Shown in pieces: positions 38,143 to 47,839 of a stretch of 54,160 bases of DNA. The stretch is from Candidatus Kaiserbacteria bacterium (GTDB lineage: Bacteria; Patescibacteriota; Minisyncoccia; Phycocordibacterales; UBA2100): positions 1 through 54,160 of the forward strand of contig JACRFJ010000021.1 of assembly GCA_016217935.1 (NCBI GenBank). The letters run 5' to 3'. The notes under the pieces are model-generated. The model was not told the DNA's origin, did not search any database, and worked only from the letters and a program-made list of their open reading frames with translations. Positions within the stretch are counted from its first letter, which is position 1; every line of letters begins with the position of its first letter. The position numbers were made by a program, and so were the translations under genes.

Positions 38143-39522
38143 CTAGAGGCTCGGGGCATTGACAGTGATTTTAATATCTGAGGCCGACGTTGGAAATGTA
38201 CTCGACCAGAACGGTTCAATCCGCGCTCGAGCCGATTGGACAGAAGCAAAACCATTCACGACGGTCTGAAAGGCGCCTTGGTCACGTCCGGCGAGCGCCT
38301 GGGCAAGCGCACCGCTATCGACATTCCACACGATGAGACCGTGCCCGGTGAGGGTAAATTGGAGCGGTTGCGATCCGAGGGTCGATGATGCGCTCGAAAG
38401 ATGTGCCTCAAGATCGTCTCCGCGCAGGAATCGCACGGAAGCGCCGTCGGTGTCCGCCGCGACAGATCGAGCAACGGCACTTGCAAACTCGCTCGCCGAG
38501 AACACCGGTACGAGAACCGATGCCTTCTCATGTATGCGAGCTCCCCCACCGGCTTCACTTGAAGTCTCGGTTGGTAGATACGATATCTGTGTGAGGTCAG
38601 TAAACGTTATCGCCGAATCAGAGTTCAATGCGGCTGCGCTTTCGCGTGCTTTTTGTTCAAGGCGTCCGCGAATTTTCGCAAGCGCCGCATTCATATCGCT
38701 TTCGGCAACCCCGGGTCTTTCTCCCGAAAATCCTCCGGTCGCGGTGCTCGCTGACTGGGCGTAGACTTTTGTATATTCAGCCTTACCTTTGAAACCTGGC
38801 AGCGTAAAACGTGTAGCTTCAACGTTGTATTCGGCGCCCGGTTTGTCAGCGATGACCGTTACATCTACCTTGCCGGGGGATTTTGCAGTCTTAGCCGGTA
38901 CTATAATATCGGCCGGCGCGCGGAATACGAGACCGCCTGGTGTCTCAAATCGTGTCGTCTTCACAAGTCGGACGGGACTTACTGAGTATTCGTTGTATAT
39001 AGTTAAAGTGACGGAGGCCCTTTCCTCTGCATGGACACTGCCGCTACTCGGGATTGCTTCAGTATCGACAAGTTCGAAGTGTTCAACTCGATATGAAAGC
39101 GTACCGGTCGCAGCATTTATCGATGGATACGCGATAAGTTGTGACGACTGATCAAATAGAATCGGGTGCGAACGCGGGATGACCGTTACCGAAGTTGAGC
39201 GCAAAGCTACAAGTAAAAGAATCGAGACAAGGACGACGCATATGCTGGCAATGATCCACAGCCACTTCCTGCGGCTTCCATGTGGAGGACGCGGTGGTGC
39301 GATCGAGTATTGTGGAGCGCTGCGCATGTCGTCGAGTCGCGCCCGGCGCGCAGGCGCCGCAATATTACGAATTGAACGCTCTTTCGGCGCTTCTTCGTCC
39401 TCGATTTCCTTACTCGCATCAACTCGCTCATCATCCGAAGGTGTTGGCGCATGCTGCGCACGAATCGGAACCTTGCGAGGCCCTTGGGGCGGAATAATAT
39501 CCTGAAAGTAATCCTTCACCAT
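38143..39522 (-). CDS. Single-TM protein with a baseplate J/gp47-like domain
   Basis: Disordered N-terminus and one TM helix, then TIYN...LV..TRF....VFR...VPA, V.VIADKPGAEYNV and TGGFSG. Confidence 0.7.
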   Translation of the reverse strand: MVKDYFQDIIPPQGPRKVPIRAQHAPTPSDDERVDASKEIEDEEAPKERSIRNIAAPARRARLDDMRSAPQYSIAPPRPPHGSRRKWLWIIASICVVLVSILLLVALRSTSVTVIPRSHPILFDQSSQLIAYPSINAATGTLSYRVEHFELVDTEAIPSSGSVHAEERASVTLTIYNEYSVSPVRLVKTTRFETPGGLVFRAPADIIVPAKTAKSPGKVDVTVIADKPGAEYNVEATRFTLPGFKGKAEYTKVYAQSASTATGGFSGERPGVAESDMNAALAKIRGRLEQKARESAAALNSDSAITFTDLTQISYLPTETSSEAGGGARIHEKASVLVPVFSASEFASAVARSVAADTDGASVRFLRGDDLEAHLSSASSTLGSQPLQFTLTGHGLIVWNVDSGALAQALAGRDQGAFQTVVNGFASVQSARARIEPFWSSTFPTSASDIKITVNAPSL

Positions 39523-39595
39523 GTTAGAGATTTTCAGCGACTGATTTCGCTCTACTCATAACGAGTTCTAAAGTATACCACGCACTCATTCCCGA

Positions 39596-40738
39596 TCACT
39601 CGCTTCGCGCATCGATGTTGACAAGTGCTGCGTCGAAATGAAGTGCCGTGTCCAGATGTGAAGCGTCGGCCGCGTACACACGCGAGTCAGCTGAACTCAT
39701 CGCGTAGGTGACAAATGGCAAGGTCGTAAGGGTAAATTGTGTAAAGTCTATTCGTGTGAAAAATTGTTCGAGCCATTCTTGGAGATCTTCGTGTGCGATA
39801 AGAACGAGCTTGTTGGCCACACGCTCTCCTGCCGCGAGCTCTCCAATCACCTCTCCGAATATGCGTACGAGTTCAGGTTCGGCTTTCGCGATCGCTTCGC
39901 GGATTTGATTGCATGCCTCTCCCTCGCATGCGTCGCGCAAGAGCATGCGAATCGTGCTTAATGACTCCTGCACCGGCCGATCAGGAGCTACGCGTGCGAG
40001 TATCGTGCGTAGACCTTCTGACACAGTGCGCGTACCCGCGATTGCGGAATCACGCACCGACACGATCTCCGTCGCATCGACACCCATGTCGACGACGAGG
40101 TACGAGCCGTCGGCGCTCGGTATACGCGCAAGGGCGTCGAGAAAAGTTCTTATTGCTGATCGGAAAACCACCTTTGCGTTTGCGAACGTGTGATGAACTG
40201 ACACCTCGATCGATGAGCGCAACTCAGGATCAAGATCACTCAAGAGGGAGACGATTTCAAGCGTCTGTGCTTGTTTGCCTTCGGGCATTTGCACGGGATA
40301 GCCGTTCAGCCATATACGCACCGCACGCGCTTCAAAAAGATTCTTGAGATCAATACCCCGCGCATCCTTCATGCTTGCGCGCGCAGTATCGGTGATCGCA
40401 TGTTGATCGATCTCAGTCGGACCCGTATATTCCGATTTTGAGCTCACCATCGACGAGCGGGCCCACGGACTGTGGATGACGCAGTAGACTTCCGAGATCG
40501 GCAAAGTTGGCCGCGCACTCCGAAGTGCTCCGAGCACAGCATCCATCCGCTCTCCGAGCGCGGCAATAGAGTGCTCAGGAGTCTCGACTTCAAGCGTCAC
40601 CATTGATCGATGCGATGCGATAATGTGCGCGCTACCATCCGGAGTGAGCGACAGTATTGCCGCACCAACGCCCCCAGGGACGACATCCACAACTACGATT
40701 GAACGTTCTGCTCGTGGCGAATTACTCAAACCCAACAT
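39596..40738 (-). CDS. FtsA/PilM-like actin-fold protein (divergent)
   Basis: Phosphate-1-like VVVDVVPGGVGA, LNGYPV, and phosphate-2-like LVVDMGVDATEIVSV. Start set at ATG 40738. Confidence 0.65.
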   Translation of the reverse strand: MLGLSNSPRAERSIVVVDVVPGGVGAAILSLTPDGSAHIIASHRSMVTLEVETPEHSIAALGERMDAVLGALRSARPTLPISEVYCVIHSPWARSSMVSSKSEYTGPTEIDQHAITDTARASMKDARGIDLKNLFEARAVRIWLNGYPVQMPEGKQAQTLEIVSLLSDLDPELRSSIEVSVHHTFANAKVVFRSAIRTFLDALARIPSADGSYLVVDMGVDATEIVSVRDSAIAGTRTVSEGLRTILARVAPDRPVQESLSTIRMLLRDACEGEACNQIREAIAKAEPELVRIFGEVIGELAAGERVANKLVLIAHEDLQEWLEQFFTRIDFTQFTLTTLPFVTYAMSSADSRVYAADASHLDTALHFDAALVNIDARSE

Positions 40739-40816
40739 GCTTCCAGTATATCGTGACCACGCTCTCACTCGCACCGATGTATCAATGCATGAGGAAAACC
40801 CTCCTCAGAAATATTT

Positions 40817-42736
40817 CTATGTGAGTATCGCCTTTATTCTACGTATCCCAGCAGCAACCGCCTCTTCCTTTTGTATTTTAAATGTGCGGCCCTCACCAAT
40901 CTCTCGCGTGTTCTCGACGTGCGGTCCGCCGCAAAATTCGATTGAGAGTGCATGCGCAAATTTTGGATCTTCCTCAGTTGCATCGTGTGGTCCAATTGAG
41001 TACACCGAGACCCTGTCGGGATACTTGGCGCCAAATTCATGTTCTGCGCCGATTTTCTCCGCCTCTTCCTTTGGGAGAGTCGAGCGAATCACGGGGAGTT
41101 CTTCGTTGATTTTCCGGTTGACGATATCTTCAACTTTGGCGAGTTGCTCTTTTGTCATCTTTTGCCCGTGAGAAAAGTCGATGCGAAGTCGTTCTTGCGT
41201 AATGTTGCTCCCGCGTTGCTTCACGTGATTGCCAAGAACCTGCTGCAGGGCTTTCAACAGAAGGTGATGCGCAGTGTGCAGACGAGTGGTAGCGGCAGAT
41301 GCGTCCGCAAGACCGCCTTTGAATTTTTGCTCAGAGCCAGAACGCGACAGCTCTTGGTGTTTGTCCATGAGCATACGGAATCTCTTTTCATCAACCCGCA
41401 TTCCACGTTCGGAAGCAAGCTCCTGAGTCATTTCGAAGGGAAATCCGTACGTCGTAAAAAGTGTATACGCATCATCGCCTGAAACATTCGCCGTGGCGAT
41501 CCGCTCGAACTCTTTTATTCCTTGCCCCAGCGTGTGCGCAAATTGAAGTTCCTCCTTCCAGATCTCTTCTTTAATGCTCTCGTATGCCTGTTCGGTCGCG
41601 AGTTCAGGGTATTGCTGTTTGTATTTCTCGATCACGATGATTGAGGAGAGCGCCAGTGCGCTGTCGTTAGCGTTATCCGCGCTGAGTCCAAGTTTTTGTG
41701 CATGTTGAGATGCGCGGCGAATGACGCGCCTCAGTACATAACCGCGATCAGTATTTGCTGGCTTCACGCCGTCGCCCAGCATGAACGTTGCAGCACGGAT
41801 ATGATCAGCGACGATACGGAATGATCGCGTATACGCGGAGTCGGAATAGCTCTTGCCTGACATGTGCTCAAGCAGCGCAATCATGTCGGCAAAGACATCC
41901 GTTGCGAATACATCCGGATTACCGCATGCGGCTGCGGCGATTCGCTCAAGCCCGCCGCCAAAATCTACGTTGGCTTTCGGAAGGTGCGCGAACGATCCGT
42001 CTTCTTTCTTGATGTACTGCATGAACACCGAATTGCAGATCTCGAGGAAGCGGCCGCAGTCGCAATTCGGATGGCACTCGTTGCCGTATTTCGGATCGTG
42101 TGGAATACCAAAGTCGTAGAACACTTCGCTATCTGGCCCGCCCGGCTCACCAGGAGGCATGTTGGCTGGCTCGCCGACGCGGCTCCACCAATTTTTCTTT
42201 GCGTCGTAGTAAAAGATTCGTCCACTCTGCATTCCCTTCTCGTACCCATCCGCTTCTGATCCAATCGAGACATCATGTGCCTCAATCCCTTTTGATTTGA
42301 AAAGTTCTTTCCATATTTCTGCCGACTCGGTATCACGCGGCACGCTGTTTTCCTCGTCGCCAATAAACACGGTCACATAGAGTCTGCTTGGATCAAGGCC
42401 GATCTCTTTTGTCAGGAACTCGAAACACCAGGTAAGTTGATCCCTCTTGAAGTAGTCACCGAACGACCAATTCCCGAGCATCTCAAAAAAAGTCGTGTGA
42501 CGGTTATCACCCACCTCTTCGATATCCTGTGCGCGAAAGACTTTTTGACTGTCTACGATTCGTGAGCCTTTCGGATGCGGCTCCCCCAACAGATACGGCA
42601 AAATCGGCTGCATACCCGAGCCGGTGAAAAGCGTCGTCGGGTCGTTTTGCGGCACGAGCGGCGCCGATGGCACGATCGCATGCCCGTGTGCTCTGAAAAA
42701 CTCTAAATATTTCGTGCGAATTTCGCTGACGTTCAT
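40817..42736 (-). CDS. alaS: Alanine--tRNA ligase (no C-Ala domain)
   Basis: TTLFTGSGMQP, HTTFFEMLGNWSFGDYFK, DFGGGLER, ADHIRA, and editing motifs HTAHH and CGGPH. Ends AAGIRRIKA. Confidence 0.97.
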   Translation of the reverse strand: MNVSEIRTKYLEFFRAHGHAIVPSAPLVPQNDPTTLFTGSGMQPILPYLLGEPHPKGSRIVDSQKVFRAQDIEEVGDNRHTTFFEMLGNWSFGDYFKRDQLTWCFEFLTKEIGLDPSRLYVTVFIGDEENSVPRDTESAEIWKELFKSKGIEAHDVSIGSEADGYEKGMQSGRIFYYDAKKNWWSRVGEPANMPPGEPGGPDSEVFYDFGIPHDPKYGNECHPNCDCGRFLEICNSVFMQYIKKEDGSFAHLPKANVDFGGGLERIAAAACGNPDVFATDVFADMIALLEHMSGKSYSDSAYTRSFRIVADHIRAATFMLGDGVKPANTDRGYVLRRVIRRASQHAQKLGLSADNANDSALALSSIIVIEKYKQQYPELATEQAYESIKEEIWKEELQFAHTLGQGIKEFERIATANVSGDDAYTLFTTYGFPFEMTQELASERGMRVDEKRFRMLMDKHQELSRSGSEQKFKGGLADASAATTRLHTAHHLLLKALQQVLGNHVKQRGSNITQERLRIDFSHGQKMTKEQLAKVEDIVNRKINEELPVIRSTLPKEEAEKIGAEHEFGAKYPDRVSVYSIGPHDATEEDPKFAHALSIEFCGGPHVENTREIGEGRTFKIQKEEAVAAGIRRIKAILT

Positions 42737-42823
42737 GATTATTCGGAAAGTTTACCACCGCTTTTTATACCTCGCTAACTCCATTTGCCCTGGCCCCATC
42801 AAACGGTTACTATGCCGAACACG

Positions 42824-44095
42824 ATGAAATACAATCTCCATACGCTCAAGAACGGACTTCGAGTACTGCTGGTCCCAATGTCGGAAAATGAAACTGCAAC
42901 CGTAGTTGTGATGACCGGCACGGGATCGCGATACGAAAATGAACAGGAAAATGGTCTCGCCCACTTTCTTGAGCACATGTTCTTTAAAGGGACAGAGAAG
43001 CGCCCGAGTGCAAAAGCTGTGAGCGAAGAGCTCGACGGCGTCGGAGCACTCTACAATGCCTTCACCGCAAAAGAACGAACCGCATATTATGCAAAAGTCC
43101 GAAAGGAATTTCTTGATACCGCGCTCGATGTCATCAGCGACATCTTTCTCCACTCCAAGCTGCCTGCAAGAGAAATTGCAAAAGAGCGTGGTGCGATCAT
43201 ACAGGAGATCGACATGTACGAAGATATGCCAATGCGCACCGTCGACAACGTTTTCGACGCGCTGATCTTCGGAAAAGAGCATCCGCTCGGACGCACGATT
43301 CTCGGACCAAAAGAAAATATCAAAAAGTTCACCAGAAAAGCCTTTGCTGCATATTTGAAGCGTAACTACACGCCAATCAATACGGTCGTCTGTATCGCGG
43401 GAGCGTTCGACGAGAAAAAGATTCTTTCAAAGATTGAGAAAGATTTCGGCGTGCGTCCGCATGGCAATCCGCCCGATTTTATTTCGTTTACCCCAGAACA
43501 AAAGGGAGCTCGTGTGGCAATAAAGGAGAAGAATACCGACCAGACACATTTTATACTCGGCGTTCCGGCGTATCCATATCTGCACAAGAACGAATTTGCA
43601 CTTGCAGTGCTTTCGACGCTTCTCGGCGATGGCATGTCGAGCCGTCTTTTCCTCGAAGTTCGCGAGAAGCGCGGGCTCGCCTATTCCGTGCACACGTGGA
43701 TCGAGCGGTACCCCGACACCGGATATTTCGCAATCCAGGCAGGAGTCGAGCATGCCAAACTTGAGAAGACGATCGAAACCATCCTCATGGAGTTGAAAAA
43801 AATCAGGCGCACCGCGGTACCCGCGGAGGAGCTCACAAAAGCAAAGTCATACATAAAGGGCATAATGACGCTCGCGCTCGAAACGAGTGACGAGATCGCC
43901 CAACACGCCGCGACAAGCATCATCAACCTCGGACGTGTTCGACCACTTCAGGAAATTCTTGAAGAGATCGAGAGGGTGAGCGCAGATGATGTCCGGCGAG
44001 TTGCGAAGGACATCTTCAAAACGGAATCCCTCAATCTCGCGATCATTGGCCCTCATCCGAAACGTGAGCACTTCTACCCGCTTCTCAAAATATAG
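42824..44095 (+). CDS. M16 family (pitrilysin-like) zinc peptidase
   Basis: GSRYE...GLAHFLEHMFFKGT (HxxEH), SSRLFLEVREKRGLAY. Confidence 0.94.
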   Translation: MKYNLHTLKNGLRVLLVPMSENETATVVVMTGTGSRYENEQENGLAHFLEHMFFKGTEKRPSAKAVSEELDGVGALYNAFTAKERTAYYAKVRKEFLDTALDVISDIFLHSKLPAREIAKERGAIIQEIDMYEDMPMRTVDNVFDALIFGKEHPLGRTILGPKENIKKFTRKAFAAYLKRNYTPINTVVCIAGAFDEKKILSKIEKDFGVRPHGNPPDFISFTPEQKGARVAIKEKNTDQTHFILGVPAYPYLHKNEFALAVLSTLLGDGMSSRLFLEVREKRGLAYSVHTWIERYPDTGYFAIQAGVEHAKLEKTIETILMELKKIRRTAVPAEELTKAKSYIKGIMTLALETSDEIAQHAATSIINLGRVRPLQEILEEIERVSADDVRRVAKDIFKTESLNLAIIGPHPKREHFYPLLKI

Positions 44096-44106
44096 GTTTT
44101 CCGGAA

Positions 44107-44135
44107 TAATATAGGGTTTCGTAAACCCTATATTA
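44107..44135. terminator. Inverted repeat between convergent genes, probable bidirectional terminator
   Basis: TAATATAGGGTTT-cgt-AAACCCTATATTA. Confidence 0.7.
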
Positions 44136-44801
44136 AAGCCAATCGACAGGTGTTTTTCCGTGCTCGATGAGGTATTGGTTGGCTTTGCTGAATGGTTTCG
44201 AACCGAAGAAGCGGCGTGCGGCAAGGGGAGAAGGGTGTGCGGATTCGATTACACAATGTTTCGTGCGATCAATATGCGCGCCTTTCGCCTTCGCGTAGTT
44301 GCCCCACAGGATGAATACGAGATTCTCTCTTTCTTCAGAGAGCTTTCGAATGACCGCATCCGTGAATTGCTCCCATCCCTTTCCTTGGTGCGAACCGGCT
44401 GCGTGTGCGCGAACGGTAAGAGTCGCGTTTAAAAGGAGTACTCCTTGCTTTGCCCAGCGCTCGAGATCGCCGCTTCGATGCACGAGCTTCTTTCCCAGAT
44501 CGTCCTCGATCTCCTTAAATATATTTTGAAGCGAGGGAGGAATTCGTACGCCCTCGCCCACTGCAAAGCAAAGCCCATTCGCCTCTTCTCGGTTGTGATA
44601 CGGGTCCTGGCCGAGAATCACGACTTCCACCTTGTCGAACGGGCAGAGGTTGAACGCACGAAAAATATCCTTCGGTGGAGGAAAAACGATCGCGTGTCGA
44701 TACTCACCTTTGACGAACTCGGTGAGCGATTTGAAATAATCTTTACCAAACTCGTCTTGTAACACATTCTTCCACGATGGTTCGATTGTAACTTCGACCA
44801 T
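44133..44801 (-). CDS. ung: Uracil-DNA glycosylase, family 1
   Basis: VILGQDPYH, PPSLQNI, QGVLLLN, HPSPL. Confidence 0.97.
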   Translation of the reverse strand: MVEVTIEPSWKNVLQDEFGKDYFKSLTEFVKGEYRHAIVFPPPKDIFRAFNLCPFDKVEVVILGQDPYHNREEANGLCFAVGEGVRIPPSLQNIFKEIEDDLGKKLVHRSGDLERWAKQGVLLLNATLTVRAHAAGSHQGKGWEQFTDAVIRKLSEERENLVFILWGNYAKAKGAHIDRTKHCVIESAHPSPLAARRFFGSKPFSKANQYLIEHGKTPVDWL

Positions 44802-44849
44802 AGATCATGCAGTGAAATCAGACAGCTCTGTATATATTTCTTGATCCCA

Positions 44850-45101
44850 TCAGATTGCGCGCTCCGCGCGGAGAATCGCACGCTTACGCGCCTCGCCCCC
44901 ACGGTTGTAATTGCCCAGACTCCCGTCCGAGCGTACGACACGATGGCATGGTACAGAATCGTTGTAATTTGTCCTCATGATCGCACCGACCGCGCGCGCG
45001 GCTCTCGAATTGCCGGCTTTTGCGGCAACTTGCTTATACGTCATCGTTTTCCCTTTTGGGATACTTTTGACAACTGAGCGAACTTTTTCGGCAAATGTCA
45101 T
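44850..45101 (-). CDS. Methylated-DNA--protein-cysteine methyltransferase (single-domain MGMT family)
   Basis: IPKGKTMTY..VA..AG..RAARAVG, VPCHRVV. Confidence 0.9.
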   Translation of the reverse strand: MTFAEKVRSVVKSIPKGKTMTYKQVAAKAGNSRAARAVGAIMRTNYNDSVPCHRVVRSDGSLGNYNRGGEARKRAILRAERAI

Positions 45102-45916
45102 ATGCGAAGTCTAGCATTCTTCGCTGAAGATTTCATGGTGCGCGGAGAACCATCGGCACTGAAAGAGCGCATTTTCGCGCCGACCGTCTCGCGGTACGTG
45201 CAGTAATCGCAATCGCGACCTCTCTCTGGCAACTGATCGCTCTCGAGACATTTCTTGATCTCTACAAGCGTCTGGTCAACCCACGAATCATCTCCCCTGT
45301 GTGGGACAAGAGTAACCTCAAACTCAAGTGTGGCGTCAAACGCCTTACGATCCCGTGATGCGTTCGCGTAAACAAAATATCCAGTATCCGAAACTTCAAA
45401 TCCGCTTTTCCGCAAGAGCCACTGATACACCTCTATCTGTCGCTTATACCCATCGTGCCACTCTTCATCGAGCGCCTCGATGCGCTTGTCTTTACTGGTC
45501 GCTTTGTAGTCGACGACGATGAGCTTTCCATCAGCGCCTTTCCAAATGTCGTCAACACCACCACGTACCAAAAGTCCTGTCTCGTCATGTATATGCTGGA
45601 CGCCGCGCTTCAGTGCATCTCGCCACGCGTCCATATCAGGATGAGCAAACGGGACAGCATCGACTCCGTACGTTTTCATGAGTGGGTGCGTCGTACCGTT
45701 CGCTCGATGATAGTCGAACTCTTTTTTCAGGAGCGCGTCAACTGCACTATTGAGGTTGAAGGGAAATCCAGGCGGCCGAGCAGTACCCAGCTTGTTGTCG
45801 ATATAAAAACACCGCCGGCAGTTGACGAAAAGATCAATTTTCGATCGTGAAAGGGTCCAATTCGGACCTCCGTAATTCCATTTTGGGTTGCGATCGGGCT
45901 TATAAAAATCGCTCAT
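45098..45916 (-). CDS. PD-(D/E)XK nuclease, RecB/AddB/Cas4-like
   Basis: LSRSKI..F.NCRRCFY, GGVDD, VVDYK, QIEVY, CDYC. Start set at ATG 45916. Confidence 0.87.
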   Translation of the reverse strand: MSDFYKPDRNPKWNYGGPNWTLSRSKIDLFVNCRRCFYIDNKLGTARPPGFPFNLNSAVDALLKKEFDYHRANGTTHPLMKTYGVDAVPFAHPDMDAWRDALKRGVQHIHDETGLLVRGGVDDIWKGADGKLIVVDYKATSKDKRIEALDEEWHDGYKRQIEVYQWLLRKSGFEVSDTGYFVYANASRDRKAFDATLEFEVTLVPHRGDDSWVDQTLVEIKKCLESDQLPERGRDCDYCTYRETVGAKMRSFSADGSPRTMKSSAKNARLRI

Positions 45917-45955
45917 CGGCGCAGTATACCCCATGAGATAGGGGTCCGTCTGTAC

Positions 45956-46453
45956 TTACGAGCGCCCGCTTCCCTTTCCGTCACCGTTCAAATCTTGAAA
46001 CCAATGTTTGAAACGGTTTTCGACGTACCACATGCCAGAAAACATGAGGAGTGCCAGTAGTGTCGAGTATATTGCAATCGCATACATTCCGAATCCAACT
46101 GCCATGCCCATCGCGGCGGTAAGCCACAATCCTGCCGCGGTCGTGACGCCGTGAAGCGCATGACCACGAAATATGATGAGGCCACCGCCGATAAATCCGA
46201 TGCCGGTCACGACTCCCGCTGCCATGTAGAGAGGTTGGACATCGGCGATACCGATGTACGCGCTCACCACATAATTCGATAGAACAATGAAAAGACACGC
46301 ACCGAGCGCCACGAGCCCAAAGGTGCGTGTACCGGCAGATTGGTGTGCAAGAATCGCGCGTTCAGTGCCGAGTACACCTCCGAGCAACATCGAAAGAAAA
46401 AGTTTGAGGAACATCACGCTCGTCGGGTCGACGAACTCAGCGGGTGTATGCAT
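45956..46453 (-). CDS. MgtC/SapB family membrane protein
   Basis: GTER....SAGTRTF.LV..GAC, VVTGIGFIGGG, GVTTAAGLW. Start set at ATG 46453. Confidence 0.92.
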   Translation of the reverse strand: MHTPAEFVDPTSVMFLKLFLSMLLGGVLGTERAILAHQSAGTRTFGLVALGACLFIVLSNYVVSAYIGIADVQPLYMAAGVVTGIGFIGGGLIIFRGHALHGVTTAAGLWLTAAMGMAVGFGMYAIAIYSTLLALLMFSGMWYVENRFKHWFQDLNGDGKGSGRS

Positions 46454-46540
46454 GACAACAGTATATAGCCACTCGTCATGAACGATGAGGGAGGTGCGTG
46501 GATATGTCATGCCTCTCGTGCCTCGTCGCTCGTGCTTCAC

Positions 46541-47365
46541 TCAGATGCCACATAGCTGCTGTGCTTCTCTTTGCACATCTGCAATCTTGCCCGGCGCAAT
46601 GCCATGATCTTTCAAAAGTAGTTCTGATTGCACGGATTTACACAGCACAATCTTGCTATCGAGCAAGCGGCGCTTTTCGCTCTCGGAGAGCGTCGTGAGG
46701 CAGGTGAGCGGATGCACGCGCGCTTCCTCAATGAGGTGCACGAGGCCTCGCGTATGCGGGTAGTCCCACGCGAGCAATGTGAGGTTGCTACAGCGAGCAT
46801 ACCGAATTGCATTGCGTGTAAAAACAGTGTTCGTCACGAGCCATCCTTCATCCACACGCGAGGATTCAAGCGGTGCACGTTTCAGATCTTCATAGCGAGC
46901 GTAGACGTACAGTGCGTCCTTGATGTCGGTTTTACCACCCTGCTCATTATGAAATTTGACTTCGATTCCGACACGCGTGCCTCCTTTTTCCGCAAGTACA
47001 TCCACCTCATGTGGAGCACAACGACCGAGAAGCATTTGGTCAGTCTTTGTATTCCATCCGTGTCCTCGCAAGATCTCTGCCAGAAATTGTTCAAAAGGAA
47101 ATCCCGACGGGCCCAGCGCAAAAACAGCTCGTTTTACGCTATAGCGCGCCGCGACCGGTGTTTTCTCTTCGCCCTTCAGCATTTCGAACGCATGACGATA
47201 GATTTCTTCGGTCGTGATGCCTGGTCTCAATTCGTGGAGGATGCGCCCGAGAATGCGCGCGCGTACCGTCGATGTGGCACCCGCGTGCTCAAGGGAGCGC
47301 TCTATTTTCGTCGGATCGAAGGGCTCTTGTTCACCATCCGCTTTTGTAATGAGGACGTGCTGCAT
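46541..47365 (-). CDS. ATP-cone plus Mrr-like restriction endonuclease domain protein
   Basis: ITKADG..EPFD..KI (ATP cone), then GFPFEQF, EVDV, IEVK and LVTNTVFT..A..YA (Mrr_cat-like). Confidence 0.83.
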   Translation of the reverse strand: MQHVLITKADGEQEPFDPTKIERSLEHAGATSTVRARILGRILHELRPGITTEEIYRHAFEMLKGEEKTPVAARYSVKRAVFALGPSGFPFEQFLAEILRGHGWNTKTDQMLLGRCAPHEVDVLAEKGGTRVGIEVKFHNEQGGKTDIKDALYVYARYEDLKRAPLESSRVDEGWLVTNTVFTRNAIRYARCSNLTLLAWDYPHTRGLVHLIEEARVHPLTCLTTLSESEKRRLLDSKIVLCKSVQSELLLKDHGIAPGKIADVQREAQQLCGI

Positions 47366-47367
47366 GA

Positions 47368-47778
47368 TCAGTTTTTCTTTTGATAGACCGGGACGACAAC
47401 AACCGTGAGCGGATCTCCTTCGAGATCACCGACAAATTGTACTCCGACGGATCCGGCAAACACGATCGCCTCAAATGCACGCGGCGTATCTTCGGTCGCA
47501 CAGTCTATAGAAGGGTGTTCCCATGTTGTGAAGTGGAGAGCAAAACGCGTTGGCGAAATCTGCTCGGTCGCTACAAAGAGATCGGTACACGTCTTCGGAA
47601 CCATGGCCATGCCCGACAAATGGTGCACACCCGGTTCAGAGTAGTCTCGTACCATAACAATACGACTCGCATCAGATGCTTGTGCTCGAATGAGCCCGCC
47701 GGCAATCAAAAAGACACTGTATGCAATCAGAGAGGAGGCAACGAGAAACCACGCGAGACGGCGCACCATGTCGCTCAT
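47368..47778 (-). CDS. Hypothetical membrane-anchored protein
   Basis: N-terminal TM helix and a small beta-rich domain with two Cys. CATACT lies 6 nt before ATG 47778. Confidence 0.7.
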   Translation of the reverse strand: MSDMVRRLAWFLVASSLIAYSVFLIAGGLIRAQASDASRIVMVRDYSEPGVHHLSGMAMVPKTCTDLFVATEQISPTRFALHFTTWEHPSIDCATEDTPRAFEAIVFAGSVGVQFVGDLEGDPLTVVVVPVYQKKN

Positions 47779-47839
47779 GCACACAGTATGTAGTAGAGAG
47801 CGCGTCTCGCGTAGAAAACCACTGTTGAAAACAATCCGA

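Noticed and set aside
38143-39522. Prophage suggested by the baseplate-J-like gene
   Set aside because: No integrase, terminase, capsid or tail genes are present, and the flanks are core genes.
45098-45916. CRISPR-Cas locus suggested by the Cas4-like nuclease
   Set aside because: No cas1/cas2 and no repeat-spacer array were seen in the window.
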